Shown piece by piece: positions 1 through 15,005 of a stretch of 64,000 nt of DNA. The DNA is from the human T2T-CHM13v2.0 reference genome, Homo sapiens. The stretch is taken from NCBI RefSeq assembly GCF_009914755.1, contig NC_060927.1. The stretch is one strand, 5' to 3'. A model generated the notes under the pieces. That model had not been told where the DNA came from and searched no databases. It saw only the letters and a list, made by a program, of their open reading frames with translations. The position numbers and the translations under genes are program-made. The first letter of the stretch is position 1. Every line of letters begins with the position of its first letter.

Positions 1-634
1 TTTCTGTCTGGGTTAATCTTCCTTGGAATGTGTGAAGCAAAGAAAGAGTAACTGAACACAGTATGTAAAGAAGAAGGAGGGTGTCTGTGTGGGCTTGCAA
101 TCAGTGAGGGCTCCCTGGACGGGGTGAGGCTCTAGCTGGAGCTTGAGGACAGCCAGGATCAGAGAGATGAGGAGGAGGAAGGATAGTCCAGGTGACCAAG
201 GAGACAGGTGAGCAATGGAGTGCCAGAGTGCCAAAGCAACGGCCAACTTGTAAATGACTGAGAGAAAGAGATGTCAGTATACTCAGGCACCTCTAATGGG
301 GTTCGCTTTATTCAATAGCTTTAAAGAAGAGCAGCAGAGATCTACAACCAATTCTTGGGGGCTCAAATTGCTCCCAAGGCCACAAAGAAGAGCCAGACCA
401 GTGGGAAACCACCCTGGCCTGTGTATAGAGTGAGTTAGACAGGCACAAAGAACAATTTTATGTTGGGGAGGAGAGGAGACAGCCAAGGATCTCCAGCGTG
501 AGCTCCTGAGTGAGGGAAGCTCAGGGACACTGCAGGCCCTTCCTGTGAGGATAGGAAGGAAATATGCCTTTTCATTTTTCAGCTGATCAGTCAACTCCAC
601 AGGAACAAACCAGAGCTCAGAAAAATATGTCCAT

Positions 635-942
635 GGGCCGGGCATGGTGGGTCACCCCTGTAATCCCAGCACTTTGGGAGGCCGAGGTGGGCAGATCACT
701 TGAGTTCAGGAGTTTGAGACCAGCCTGGCCAATATGATGAAACCCCGTCTTTACTAAAAATACAAAAATTAGGCAGGTGTGGTGGCACACACCTGTAGTT
801 CCAGCTACTTGGGAGGCTGGACAGGATAATTGCTTGAACCTGGGAAGCCGAGATTGTGGTGAGCCGAGATTGTGCCATTGCACTCCAGCCTGGGTATCAC
901 AGTGAAACTCCATCTCAAAAAAGAAAAAGAAAAAAGAAAAAT
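635..942 (+). mobile_element. Alu (AluS-like)
   Basis: GGCCGGGCATGGTGG...TGTAATCCCAGC dimer with an A-tail. Confidence 0.93.
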
Positions 943-2039
943 AGGTCCATGAAATGATGCCTCAATCGCCTGCCTTGTGAGGCGGGCAGTACTATGCCTG
1001 TATCACTGCAGATCAAGCAGCTTGCCAGGGTCCCCAGTTGTTGGGGTGGCAGAGCTTCCCAAAGGCAATGGGGTTGGAGGACAGCCCTGAAACAGACCCT
1101 GAGGTTCTGTCCCCAGCCCCCAGAAGATATTTCTCTCAAGATCCTGGGGTAGGGGGTGACTTGCAGTCTCATCCCACCCTGTCTGCCAGGTCTGCCCCAT
1201 GCCAAGAGATTCACTCCTAGCAGGGGAAAGGTGGCCTGATACTTCTACAACTTATAAGAAAATATTTCTCATCTGGCTTCCCTGTCTCTCAGACCATGTC
1301 CCTGCTTTTCTTCTCAAGGGCTCATTGTTATCTTGGAGACTTCTAAAATCTTCCTTTTTCCTGTGTTCAAATATGTCTCCGGAGTTATGCGATGGAGAAT
1401 GACCCTGCTCAAATCTCCGAGCCATTACCATGCCATCTATGAGGTTAATGTCTGAAAGGATGAGAGTGGCCCAACAAAGCTGCCTTCCTGTGTAGGGGAG
1501 TGAGAGAGCTTGTCAAGAGGCCACAGAGGCTAAGGGGCATTGAGGTCTACTGAGGACACTCCTCTTTGATGAGTTCATGAATATTCAAACATGCAAATGA
1601 CATACCATGTCTACAGGCCCCACAGTCTTCAACCCACTTTCAAGGGTGGCTGGTGGATTTATTTCTGTGTAGAAAATGGTTCTGCAGTGTGGGTCAGCTA
1701 CTTTCTATCTGACCCTCTTCATACAATCACATATTTGTTTCTCAGATTATGACATACAGTACAAGAGATGGGTTTCTTTCTCTCCTTTTTTTGTTCTCTC
1801 TCTTTCTTATTTTATTATAGGAAATTTTGAACGTATGTAAACTTAAAGAGAATAGTATATTGAGCCACCATGGATTCATTTCCTAGCTTCACCAATTATT
1901 AACCCATAGCCAATCTCATTTCATCTATATCACCACCTACTCCCCAACTTTCAAAATTATTTTGAGGCAAATACTGGATATCATATCATCTGGGGACATT
2001 TCAAAAAGTATCTCTCAAAGATAAGAACTCATTTTTTAA

Positions 2040-2443
2040 AAGCTTAAAACAACAAGAACTTTTACAGTTCTGAAGGTCAGAAGTCTGAAATGGGTCTCAT
2101 GGACTGAAATCAAGGTGTTGGCAGAATTGCATTCCCTCTGGAGGCTCTAGGGAAATATCTCTTCCTTACCTTCTCTAGCTTTTAGATGCTGCCTGCATTT
2201 CCTTGCTTGTGGCCACTTCATTCGGACTGTTGCTTCCTTCCTTACATTTTCTTCTCTGACTCCCTTGCCTTTTGTATAGATACCTATGTGATTGCATTAT
2301 GCCCACCCAGATAATCCAGGATAACCTCTCCATCTTAGATCTTTAATCACATCTCCAGAGTCACTTTTGCCATTAAAAAGGTAGCCAGCCTATTTGAGAT
2401 TAAGATATGGACACTTTGGGAAAGCCATTATTCTGCCTACCAT
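2040..2443. mobile_element. MaLR LTR (MLT1-like)
   Basis: Typical motifs cttaaaacaaca...acagttctg...aaatcaaggtgttggcag...attctgcctacca. Confidence 0.7.
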
Positions 2444-3140
2444 ATCAAGGAAAAAAAAATCTCATTCCAGTAATAAAAATGTCAGTCAATATAATAAGCA
2501 AGGCCTTAATGTGATCTCAACATTCTTTCTGTCCCAATTTATGACTTTGGGCTAGAAAGCTATAGGAAATTATTTTTCTGCATTTTGCTTCTCTTATGTT
2601 ACCCAGATAGCTGGGCTTTTTAAATTTAAATTTTTATTTTTTTTTCCTCCTGTACTAAACAAGGAAAGGGGGTAGTGATATTGGACTGTGAAGTTCTTAC
2701 TTCCACTGTAATAATCTGCTTCTGTCTGTCTGGGTTGGTGGGTATTCAAAGGCAGTTCCTTCTCAAGGCGCACTTTTGTGGGTCCCTCTGAGATTATCTT
2801 GCTGAAAACATATAATTGCATAGCAGTGCATGGACAATGCAACTTCTTTGGATGACTGCTTCTAAGAAGGAGTCACTTTTTGGAAATATAACCACAACAT
2901 CATCATGACTAGAAAAAAATATTAATTCCTAATGTCATCAAATATTCAGCAGGTATTCAATTACCTCTTTTTTTTTCAGTGTATTTGTTTGAATTGGGAT
3001 CCAAAAAAGTTTTATATAATACCATTGGTTATCTCTTTTATTTTATGGTTTATTCTTTCATTATAAGATATAAATTTAAATATATATATACAGCTCTGCT
3101 TTTTTGGATAAATAGTAGCATAACATACACTTTTCTTTAA

Positions 3141-3503
<363 letters not shown>

Positions 3504-6500
3504 CTTCCTCCTCTTTTACAGCTGCATGGCGCTCCCTTATGTGGATATACTATAGGTTCTGGAACCAGTATCGTACTCATGGATACATAGGTAATTTCCA
3601 GTCTTTTCCTGTAAAAAACAGTGCTGCAGTGAGTGGGTTAAATCTTTTTATATTTTTGCCAGTGTATTTTTGGAATAGATTCCTGGAAATGGAATTGCTA
3701 TGTCAAAGGGCAAATACCTAACGCAATTTTGCTAGATATTGCTGAATTTCCTTCCATAGGATTATATTATTTTGCCTTTCCACCAGCAATGTATGAACAC
3801 ATCTGTTTCCTCACAGCCTTCCCATCAGATGATGTTTTCAAACTCTTGGATTTTTGCAAGTGAAAAAGGGTATCTTGGGGTAATTTGCATTTGCACTGGG
3901 GGAGGGTTTTGATACCAAGAAGTGAGTAGTCATTTTCTTATTTAGCTAGCTTTATAAAAGCCTCAATTAATCCCCTCTGTACATGTGAATAATTATCAGA
4001 GTGGGATGCAACTACTCAACACAAATATGACTTCCGGGTTTGTTTTATTAAATTGTATTTATAAATTCTACTTGCAGTTCTTATTCCTGGATGTACGTCA
4101 TGTGAATGGCTGCTCAGTGTAACATGCTACCAGAAATGCCATATGTACCAGGCTCTGAGTACAGCTGGGTTTCCAAGGATCTGGGAAGATGGGAGGTGGC
4201 CCCATAAGCAGCTATATTTATCCACCATCTTGGTAGGCTCCCCAGTAAGTTATGTCAGGGTCCAGTTTTAGGGAGGGAGGGTCATCTTTCACATGCCTTC
4301 CTGTTCTTCAACCACAGGCTCATGTGGCAGACTCTTCTGTGTTGCCACTAGATGGCTAGGGCACCTTGGAAAGGGTGGTTTAGCAGGTGGAACTTGGCAA
4401 GGATCCTGCCCACAGTGATGACAACGTGGTTCAGTGGGCAGATCCAGGCACTCAATGAGGCAACTGCTATTAGTTGTGGCAGTTTTGTGAAAAACAGAAC
4501 ACCTACTTTTTCTATCCCAGCCTACTCGCCCAGACTAACATCCTTCTGCAAATATACCTCAGTCTCGACTCTCCAGTCCTGCAGCCCTGTAGACATCGAT
4601 CCATTTGCAAGAGAAGTGCCTCCTGGAAGAGGGAACATGGGTCCTGTGGAAGCTTGTGGTATCAGTGGGGCAAGCATAGATGTGGACTGGGGATAGGGGT
4701 TACCCATCGGCTGGTAGAAGCCCACACATGAGTTCCAAGGTTGTGCCAGGGAGAACTTGCCTTGTGTCCTGACAGCCCTATCTTGGGGGTGAAGACCTTA
4801 TGCGTCTCAGAGGCCCATCAACCCGGATAGTGGGACTAAGGGGACTTTGGTGGAGTTATGGATGCCTAACAGGTTGGTTGCTCAGGGCTTGGATCAGCTG
4901 AGAAACAGCATCTCAGGTAGTGGCATAGCTGATAGGAAATCAGAAACAGTCAGCCTTTGAATTTCAGTCTGATTTTAGTCTTTAAGTGGCCATTTCAACC
5001 TATGAGAGACATGATAGATGAAACGACTGAGAATGTCATGATTCTGTCCCTTATGATGCCATGACAGTGATCTAAGAATGTTTTTTAGTCAGAAGCAATT
5101 ACTAAAGGAATTTTCAAGTGAGATGTCAATGACAATTTGGTTTTATTAGAGTCACTGAAAGTTGGGGTAAGGGTCAGTATAATTTATCTGCCTACTGGTG
5201 GCCAGTCAGCCTCTCTATGCCATGACATGCCCATAAAAGGACTGAAGTGGGAGGTAGAGCAGGCTATCTGAGAAGCTTGGCAACTAGGAGCAGCCATTGC
5301 CAAGTTAGTTTTAGACAGAAGAGAGGTGTAAGCAGATTATTCATCCACATGGGTGCTTGTTTTGCTTTCCATAGGGCCATTGAGCCAGTGGTGAGGTATG
5401 AGGGAGGATTGTTTTTTTAATCTCTTACCTTGAGCAGTCTTTCTCAAGTACTTGGTGTACTTGGGCCTTGAGGACTTAAGACTTATCAGAAAATTTATTC
5501 GATTTGGTGTTTTCACTTTGGTTTAACTCTTAAAATGTATTTTTGGCCAGTAGTAAATTTGAAAAAGGTATGAATTATATACATTTACAGCCTTCCCCAC
5601 CTCCTGCCTTTTAAGGAAGATGGTAGTTTTGTGTATTTCACCCCGCACCCCCTTATTGAGCTAATCAGGAGCAATGGGTGATGGTGAGAATTGCAGGTGG
5701 TCCTATAAGGTGAATAGAGGAAGAGCAGGTAGTTAGCCTTGGAAGAAAAGGGGAGATGGGAAAGGGTGAGGGATGGGAGGGTGAGATGAGATGGGAGTTC
5801 TTGCACAGAGTTAGACTTTGCAAAAGTAATTGTTATGACTATTTATGGGTTTTGTGCTGATTGTAGAATCCTGGGTAAGATAAAACTCCATTGGGTCTTC
5901 ATTTTCAGAAGAGCATGAGGTTTAGAGAGGTTTTATAACTAGCTCAAGGACACATGGGTAGAGTGGCAGGGCCGGGGACTCAGTTTGTCCCTGGCTTTGT
6001 CTGATCCTAAAGCCCAATGTCTTAACTACCTATTGCTTCTGGAATGAAGCAGAGATCCATGGGATCCTGGCCTGCTGGACCTGATAAATGAGCCTGCAGA
6101 AGGAAATCCCAGAGAGAAAATAAGTCTCCCAAGTCATCATCAATATGGGAGTAGAACTTGAATCCCCAAGTGAAATGAAAGCACAGGGCATACATTCTAA
6201 ACAGAAAAATCTATAAACAGTTAAAGATTAATGCACCTTAGTGAGGCTCTGGCCAGATTTAAAAAGAACAAATCTTGCCATAGCAATGTTTTTACGTTCT
6301 TGGGGCAGAATTATACAATGAAGAGATGAAAGGGGAGCAGCTGGTCAAACACGCATTGATTTCCAGGAAGCCTGGGATCAAGTCCTCTAAGGCCCTCCCT
6401 GTGAGTGAATCCAGATCAGGGCTCATGCTGACCCATGACTAAGAGGGGCGGCCTCGAGCAGTGTGCCAAAGTCACCCCTTCAGGGTTAGCCTCAAGGCCT

Positions 6501-8232
6501 CAGTATCTGTCTTGTCTCCTCAGAAGCAGCAGAGGATAAACACGATGTTTAGGCAGCTTGTGGAGAGTCTGTACTTCCAAAAAGATAAGAAATAGGCCAG
6601 GAGCACATTGATTCAAGAACAGAGAACACATTCCCAGTAGCATTATAATAATATTTATGAAGCCCCAGTGCCTCTGGAGAGATAGAGTCCAGTGCAATGA
6701 ACAGAGCTGGGTTTTAGAGTCAGCCTGGTGTTGAGTCCCAGGCCCACCATTCTCTAGTTGAGTGGTCTTGGGTCAGTCAGTCACATAATGTCTCTGAGCC
6801 ATCATCCTCACAGGGTTGTTTTGAGGAGTCAGTTTCCTTCTCTTCCTTGTCCCTGCAGGTCCTCCACTATCCAGCCCCAACATCTTTTCCCAGCCATATG
6901 CCCACTTCCCTTTTCATTACCATCTTGTGCTGGTGGCTTTGTCTTCTGTGCCCTCACAGTCCAGTCTTAGATTCCCTTCCTGTAGATCCCCTGGCCCAAA
7001 TATTCTCCATCTTCTCTTTATCCTCCACTCACCAAGGTCCTTGTGTTCCAACTCCACCATGATCTCCACTCTGAATCTGGAGAACCCTGGGCTCTCCCAG
7101 AGGTGCTGCTTATACTGCCTTGGGTGGACAGAGATTTTTCTCATGCATGAGTGCTTGTTCACACCTGCTTCAGCTCCTTCACCCAGACTGTCAATTCTTT
7201 GTGGCTAGTGACTGTCTTAAATTCCTTCTGTATTCCTTGAAGCACCTGGTTAAGAGCTGGACACACAGTAACATGAACTTAAAAGAACTAGAGGAAGGTG
7301 CCAAAGCTGTGGGCTTATGAATCCTTTCAGCAAACACTTCTGGGCACCTTCTGGGTGCCTGAAACTGGGCTAGATGCTGAGGGCAGTGCCATGAGTGAGA
7401 CACAATCCTGAGGAAGTCAAAGTCCAGTGGGAGACAGAAATGTAACAAGTAGAGGATTGTAAAATGTGCTTCAAGGTTAAGATGGTGGTTGATGGCATAG
7501 GAAAGCTGGCATCTTCAGGGAAAGTAGAATAACCAAATGTGGCTCAGCATGGCAAATGGGGAACAGTGGGGGGCAGGAGGGATGAGATGGTCCAATACAC
7601 TGGGAGAAAATATTGGAGAGACAGGCGGGGCCAGGCCATGGAGAGCCTTACAGGTGATATCGAGCTACTTGGGTTCCATCCTGTAGAAAACAGGGAGCCA
7701 CTGAAAAGGTTTAAGCACAGGAGTGTCACTACAAGAGAAAGAAGAAGAGGAGAGAAATGTGGTTATGGAAACAAAGTTATATACGTGAGCTTCTGTGGCA
7801 AGCCAGCCAGCACAACAGGAATGGAGCATACTGTAGGGGTGCAGTGGGTGGGGAGGGGAGGGTTCTGCCTTCCAGGAGATGGCCAGGGCTAATACAATGA
7901 CAGGCACAGCTGTCTTGTTCTTGTGCCGCCATGCTCCAGGGCTATAGGGATGAGAGTGGGGTGTGAAGATCACCTTCCCACCCAGCCACAAATCCATCTT
8001 CTATCACAACAACCTCCTTCTATCTACCCACATAATACACCTCCACAGGAATTGTCCCACCGCCTACCTATTCATCTATCTACACACTCACTCGTTCATA
8101 TACAGCATTGCACGTATAACTATCCTTCTGTCCTTCCTTCCAACTGTCCATCCGTCTTTATTTTAAAACAGATATTTTCACTTTAGTGCACGATTGAGAA
8201 TCACAAGGGATGCAGAGAAATGCTCGAGGCCT

Positions 8233-8686
8233 GCGTAGATTACAGAAGTGGCCATAAATCACAATGCTTTGCAGCTCCTCTCATCAAGAGATGGGGTATA
8301 TTTTCCCAACCCTTGAATTTAGGCTGGCCTCATGACTTGCTTTGATCAGTAGAATTTGTGGTGGAAGCAATTAGTTGTTATCGGTTCTGGGCATAACCTC
8401 CAGAGGCCTTGCAGCTTCTGTTCTCAGACACTTGGGACACTACTACCTGCTTCCAGGTGAACACATCTGGCTGGTCTGATGGGTGACAGACACATGGCTC
8501 AGCCACCCACATTATCTCAGACAACCACCAGTCACCACTGTACATGTAAGTGAGCCCAGGCAAGATCAGCTGATCTTTGCCCAGAGGTACCAGCTAACTG
8601 TTAGACTCATGAAAAATAATAAGTGGTTCTGATTTTAGATCACTTAATTTTGGAGTGGTTCATTACACAGCAAAAGGTAATGACTC
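8233..8686. mobile_element. MaLR LTR (MLT1-like)
   Basis: gacttgctttgatcagtagaat...ttttggagtggttcattacacagcaa motifs. Confidence 0.6.
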
Positions 8687-11600
8687 AAGGGAGTAGCATA
8701 TTCAAAATCCTGCCCATCTTAAAATAATTGTATCTGCACATAGGCTCCCGGGGCCCTTGACAAAGTACTTGCCTTTATTTTCCTTGACAGACCAAATAGT
8801 GGATGTGGAGGGGCCCCAGGCAAGACACAGGAGCACTGGGATACATTGTGATGAGCATAAAAGAAAGGTTCAGAAATTTTTTTTCATAAAGCCTGATGAA
8901 GACCATGACGAGGATGATCCCAGCCACTGTTTGCGTGGTCACCATGTAGCAAATATGTTGCGTATATTATCTAATTTAATCCTTGAACCACAGCATGGGA
9001 TAGGTGTTCTTATCACTCTTTTACAGATGCAAATAATGAAATTTGGAGAGAGTAAGTAATTGGCTGAATACCGCATACATAGTTTCAAGTCAAAAAATCT
9101 TAATTCTAACCCAGTTCTGTGTGATTCCAAAGCCCACACTGTTTTCTGTTATTGCCACACTGTGGAGTCATTATTTGGGTAGCCTCCTTGGAGGTGTGGG
9201 ATAGGGTGTGATTTTTGTTGAATTCACACCTTTCAGTTGGTTATTTCTCAGTCTAGGGTCCACCTGAGGAACTAAGAAAACCATTTTGTTTGGGCCTCTG
9301 GATGTCTGGGCAACCACAGTGTACCTAAGGGCAGGAGAAGCACAGAAAGGGGCTCAGGGAGGACCGGGGTGATGAAGCAAGAACACAGTTGGTTAACTTA
9401 GAGCTTAGGGTTGGGTCAAGATGCCCGGTGTGCTACTGAGAATTGATGCAGTGGTCTGGAGACCTGAGAGTCCAACTCAGACTTGCTCTGGAAATCTGCC
9501 TGCACCCCATTTCATTCCAATCTTTCCAGGTCAGGCAATGTAAATGGATTTCTCCTCATGGACTCTCTGACATTCCCTGATTCAGAGGCAGAGAACCCCC
9601 ATATCGCCTCAGTTATCTAATACAGAGTGACACCAACATAAGCCGTGAGGTCAGAGGAGGGGGACCAGAGTTAGGAGGGGGAGCTTTCTGGAAGACACGG
9701 GGCTCAAGGGGGTCCCAAAGACAGAATAGTACTAAGAGGGGATAGGAGGAGAGGGGAGTGCATTCTGGATCAGAGAAATGGTATGGGCAAATATTGTGAG
9801 GTGGGAAGCCAGTGATTTATTACAGCAACAGAGAAGATCTCAAGATGTTCAGGGGAGAGGGTTCATGGATAAACAACTAGAGAACAGACAGGAGCAAAAG
9901 GAAGTGATGAGATTCAGAGGCTCAAAGGTCGACCGAGAAGCCAGGCGTTTTTCTCGAGATGATGAGAAGCTATTGAATGCTTTTGACACCCGAGTGACTG
10001 CAGCACAATTTGAAGATATTTTGGGAGGAATTATCTTGGGAGGGGGTGAAGGGCAGATGCGCTCCATCCCCTAGGAGCTCTGCAGAGGTTCATCAGAGGC
10101 CAAGCTGTCTGCTGCTGCCAGGGCACGCCTACCTGCATTTCTTCCTTCTCTCAATTCTCAGTGTCTCCTAAACAGAGACCATTTGCCTCAGAGTCCTGGG
10201 GTGTTGTTAAAGCCCAGATTCCTGGGCCTACTCCAGGTTACTGAATCAGAGTCTGGATGCGCCCAGCAGATGGCATCTTTACCAAGCTCTGTAGGTGAGT
10301 CTTATGCTCTCTGCATGTTGGGAACCTGAGCCCAGATATCTTTATAGCTCAGTTGCCCTGGCCACTTCCCTGTGCTCTGACCCTGGCAATCTGGGGCAAT
10401 CTGAGGCCCAGGGCCTTGGCCTTCCTGTCTCTATTAGCTGGAGCTCAGTAGATGTCCATTAGTCATAACTGAGATGGCAGAGGACACCGTGGGCCTGATA
10501 ACATTTGTGAAGGCTGGGGAGAATTTTCTGAAATAATCTCCATGGCTGGCACAGTGTTGACATAGATGTGAATGTCTGGGCTTGGTCTGGCTGTTCCAGA
10601 AAAACAGTATTGCTCATCACAGCAACCATCACCATTGTCCACTTCTGGCCTGCTGATGGCAGGCTTTCCAGCCAGGCTGTGGTCTTATTTCACCCATTCA
10701 TTCACTCAGGGTTTGAGTTACTTTCCCTCCTCCCTCCCTCCCTCCCTCCCTCACTTCCTTTCTTCCATCATCCCCCTACCCTTCTTTCTATTTAAGATGC
10801 AAGGAGCAGAAACAGATTCTGGAGAACTTAAGAAATAAGAAAATTTATTAGATGGATTATCAAGCAGTAAACAACATTTTTGGGAGGGAAATAAGAAAAA
10901 CAAGTGTGACCTCATACTGGGTTCTGGTTAGAACACAGCCACTAGAACAAACTCCAGTCTTTTTCAGTCTGTTGCTGTACTTCAGATTTAAAATCTGGGA
11001 ATGAGCATGCAGCAATGCTCCACCAGATGAGGAAGAAAAGCTGTTAAAAGGAACTCAGGATGTTGTTAGGAAGGGGGAGTGGATGCCAGGCCTTCACCAG
11101 ACTATCCAGAAGCCATTCCATGGGGTATTTGGTCTGCATACTGTGAGACACTGAGCTGGTTCCAACACAGCCCCTGCTGTCACCAGGTACACAGTCAGGC
11201 CAAGGAGACAGCCACGGAAATGGGAAAACCAGGATGAGTGGAGATGTGACTGGGGATGTACAGGGGCTCGGGAGCACAGAGGAGAGACTCTCCTCCAGCT
11301 TTGATGGGAATGAGGTGCAGGGTACTGGTTAGGGAAGACAGGTCTCTGGAAGAGATGACACCTTGAGATGAGATGAAAATCCACACAATCCTCACAAGCA
11401 TCCATTTGTACAAATTTGCCATCCTTTTTCCAAGAAGCCAGTTGAATTTTGGAGACAAGGTTCTGGGGCTGCAGAGGATTGGGCCCTCATGCCTGGCTCG
11501 ATGCTCCCAGTTCTGAGCTCAGTGCGCCTCTTGGGCAGAAGTTTCCTGGTTCCTCTGCAGAATCGGCCTGAAGGTGGTGGCTCACCAGCCAGCTTCAGTC

Positions 11601-12120
11601 CCTTTCCTCTGCCCTCCCCTGTGGAAGTCAGGCTCATCCAGGCCCAGCTTCTGCCCAACCAGCCAGGCTCAGGTGCTGGATGCCCACAGTGGAAGGAGAA
11701 CAGTGAAGAGGGGCTGACATGTAGGTGCCATCCCCGCCAGCTTTCCTTTCTCCCTCCAGTGGTGTGGTTTGGCCACCAGCATGCCACCCTAGTCTACTGC
11801 CTCTAGCAAAACAGGAGTAAGAGGATATATGCACAAAATGCCAGGTTACTTGGGTTACTTTGTGATTTAAGGGGCACTTACTCAACTGTTTGGGGTGCCT
11901 ATCATTTCCTTCTTCCTACTTACTCTTCCCCTTTACAGAAATGTCACTGCCACAGTTTGAAGAAGAAACATATGGCCCCGACCTGCCAGTCATGGCCACA
12001 TGGGCAAGGATGAACAAGTCCATTCAGGGACAGCGCATGTCTCTGGGAATTTGGAATCATGACACTGAGATGAGGGGTGAAGGGGGAGGGTCATCTGGCC
12101 ATAGATGTTAAGGCTGCTGG

Positions 12121-12374
12121 ATAGGGAGAGAGAAGGAGAGAGAAGAAGAGAAAGAGAGAAGATAGGGAAGAGAGAGAAGGAGGGAGAGAGAGGGAGAGAA
12201 AAGGAGAGAGAAAGGAGAGAGAGGAGGAAGGAGAGAGAGAGGAAGAAAGAGATGGACAGAGGGAAGAAGAGGGAGAAAGAGGGGAAGAGGAGGGAGAGAG
12301 GGAAGGACAGGGAGAGAGAAGGGAGAGAGAAAGGAAGAGGAGGAGGAGGGAGAGAGAGAGGGGAGAGGAGGGAA
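12121..12374. repeat. GA-rich polypurine low-complexity tract
   Basis: About 250 bp composed almost entirely of G and A. Confidence 0.9.
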
Positions 12375-13034
12375 CTTCAATTTCTTCTTTTTTTCCCAGT
12401 TCTCCTGAAACCTATCATATGTCCTGTCATTGGGTCCTTCCATTCTTGACATTCTTATGATACCTGATGCTCCCACCTCCTTTATTTAGGCAGTTTGAAG
12501 AGTTCCTTTTTGCCAATAATTAAAAATAATCCTTGACTTAGGCACCCAGCAAATGCTAGGAACAATGTTTGCCCGTGAATTGCTATCTCTTTGTGGCAAA
12601 TAAATTCCTGAAATTCTTCATCATAGATTATCTGTTGAAATAAATAAATGGATTTTGCTTATGTTTGTCTCAAAGATAATGAAGGAGATTCTCTGGAAAG
12701 GAATAAGGAAATGAGAATTTTAGCAGCTCTATGGGATTCTGCTTTTTATTTTTTTAAAAATCAACTTACTTAAAATCTACTGTCTACAATCTGGTAAGAT
12801 CTATTAGAATAAAATGTACACATACCATTTAACATAGCAATAAACACTCCTGGGAATCTATCCAACAAAAGCACTGGCTTCTAAGGGTTTATGCATAAGA
12901 GTGTTTGTTGCAGCATTGTTTGTAGCAGGAAAAAAAAAACTAGAAAAAAACTTTAGACAGTAACTTACTAAACTGTTCTTCTAAATATTGTGTTGCACAT
13001 ACTATCAAGTATATGTGTATAAAAAGGGGTTCTT

Positions 13035-13123
13035 CCCAGGAGGCAGAGGTTGCAGTGAGCCAAGATCGCGCCACTGCACTCCAGCCTGGGTGACAGAGTG
13101 AGACTCCATTTAAAAAAAAAAAA
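13035..13123 (+). mobile_element. 5'-truncated Alu (3' end of right arm)
   Basis: cccaggaggcagaggttgcagtgagcc...actcca followed by an A-tail. Confidence 0.85.
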
Positions 13124-13639
13124 GGTGGGGGTTCTTTGTGAAAACATGCCTCAGAAACACTGGTTTACACAAAGTTAAACAGGTTTGTTTATCATGGGCT
13201 TCTCAGAACAATTCAGATGATTATTCAGACATTATTTTATGAAATATTTATTGAGCACCCACTATGAGCCAGAAGCTGTACTTAGGAGAAGAGTCAACAG
13301 TTTCAGGAGTGATGAGTGTCCCCAAGGAGAAGGGCAGGGAGGTAGGACTGCAGTGGGCAGAGCCAGAGAGGCTTCCTGCGAGACGTGACTTGAGGTAGAG
13401 AGTTGAAGAAGACTCTGAGTTACTCCAAGGAAGTGGAGAAGCAAGAAAGCGTGCCAGGCAGAGGGAACAGCACCTGCTGGAGCACTCATGGGAAGGAGGG
13501 TGGGGTGAGAAACTGGAGAAAGCCCCATGGATGAAGCAGAGACAGAAAGAGCTGCCGGGGGGAGGCGGCCACCCCATGAGGAGCTGGGTTTTCACTTCAA
13601 ATGCAAGCAGGAGAAACTCAGGGGAATTTTTCTTTTAAA

Positions 13640-15005
13640 CACCTTAATTAAGGTGTCATTTAAATAACACAATATCTACCCATTTTATGGGCACAGTTTG
13701 ATGAGCCTTAGTAAATGTACACAGTTGTGCAACTATCATCACAATCTAGTTTTAGAACATTTTTATCACCCCCAAAATTTTCTTGTGCCCACTTGCTGTC
13801 AATGCCATTCCCAGGCACTGACCTGCTTTTGCTTCTATAGTTTTGCCTTTTCTAGAAATTTCATGTGAATGGAATCATTTAATATGTATCTTCTGTGTCT
13901 GGTTTCTTTCACTTAGCTCATTTTGAGGTTCATCCATGTTGTTGCAGGCATCACTAGTCCTTTGTAAAATTGCTGAACAGTATCCCATTGCATGGATATA
14001 ATACATTTGTTTATATATTTGTCAGTTGAGGGGCACCTGAATTGCTTCCTGTGTTTACTATAGTGAATTATGGTGCTACAGATGTTTGCCTATAAGTCTG
14101 AGTGGACATATGTTTTTACCTCCTTTTAATAGATATCTAAGAGTGGATGCTAGATTGATTTGAACTATTTTAGTGGGCATAAAATGGTATCTCAGTGTGG
14201 TTCTGGTTTGTATTTCTCTAATGACTAATGGTGTTGAGCACCTTTTCATGTGCTAATTATATTCATCTATGTTATCTTCTTTGGTGAAACATCTTGTTTG
14301 GGGACTTGCTTGAGGGACTCACAGACCTCAGAGGCAGTTGCATCCATGCAATGGTTACCATAGTGAAACACCACACAACAGGAGGAAAGGCACATAAGGT
14401 AGAGTCTGGAGGTGTCCACGTGCAGGCTTTTAAAGTTCTGTCTTCTAGGGTGGGGTTTGCACTGAACATGCTTCTCTCCCCAGCAGTGAAATGCAGCAAC
14501 AGTGCATGCTGTTTCTGCCTGGGGGCCTTGCTTGAGACTCGACATCCAGAGTTTTTTGTGGCCTAGTGATGTAGGCACTCTTCTGCCACACAACCAATGG
14601 TGATTACTGAAATTCCAAACTCCTAGGAGAAAAGCAGGTGTGCACCATTAATCATACTGTTTGTACAAACAGTTTAGGCAAGCTGGTACTGTAGGATTCA
14701 GTGCCCTGGGAAGGCAAAACAGCCTTATCAGCTGGAAACATAGGTAACATTCCAAAAGCCAGGTTCTCAGATGCCAGGCAAAGGCCAGCTCCACAGGCAG
14801 ACCCTTCTACAGAGCAACATCAGGCCTGCTGTGTTCCCGTCTCCCGCACATGTCTAGTCAAATCTTTTGGTCATTTTTTAATTGAGTTGTTAGTCTTCTT
14901 ATTTTTGTCATCAGAGTTCTTTAGATATCCTGAATTTAAATTGTTTATTAGATATACATTTTGCAATTTTTTCCCCAGTCTGTGGCTTATCTTTTCATTT
15001 TCTTA
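13640..15005 (-). mobile_element. Old L1M 3' fragment (interrupted by the LTR)
   Basis: L1 3'-end-like text (ctttcacttagc, ggttcatccatgttgttgca, atgactaatggtgttgagcacctt). Confidence 0.7.
14295..14849. mobile_element. ERV LTR (MER21/MER68/MER77-like) inserted in an old L1M fragment
   Basis: TG...CA termini with aagcaggtgtgcacc...aaacagtttaggc...cagatgccag motifs; L1M sequence resumes on both sides. Confidence 0.55.

Noticed and set aside
617-913. Alu-derived ORFs (also at 3254, 34183, 39299, 39746 and 57731)
   Set aside because: Standard Alu translations.
12105-12476. R/E/G-rich and S/L/P-rich ORFs
   Set aside because: Translations of the GA-rich low-complexity tract.
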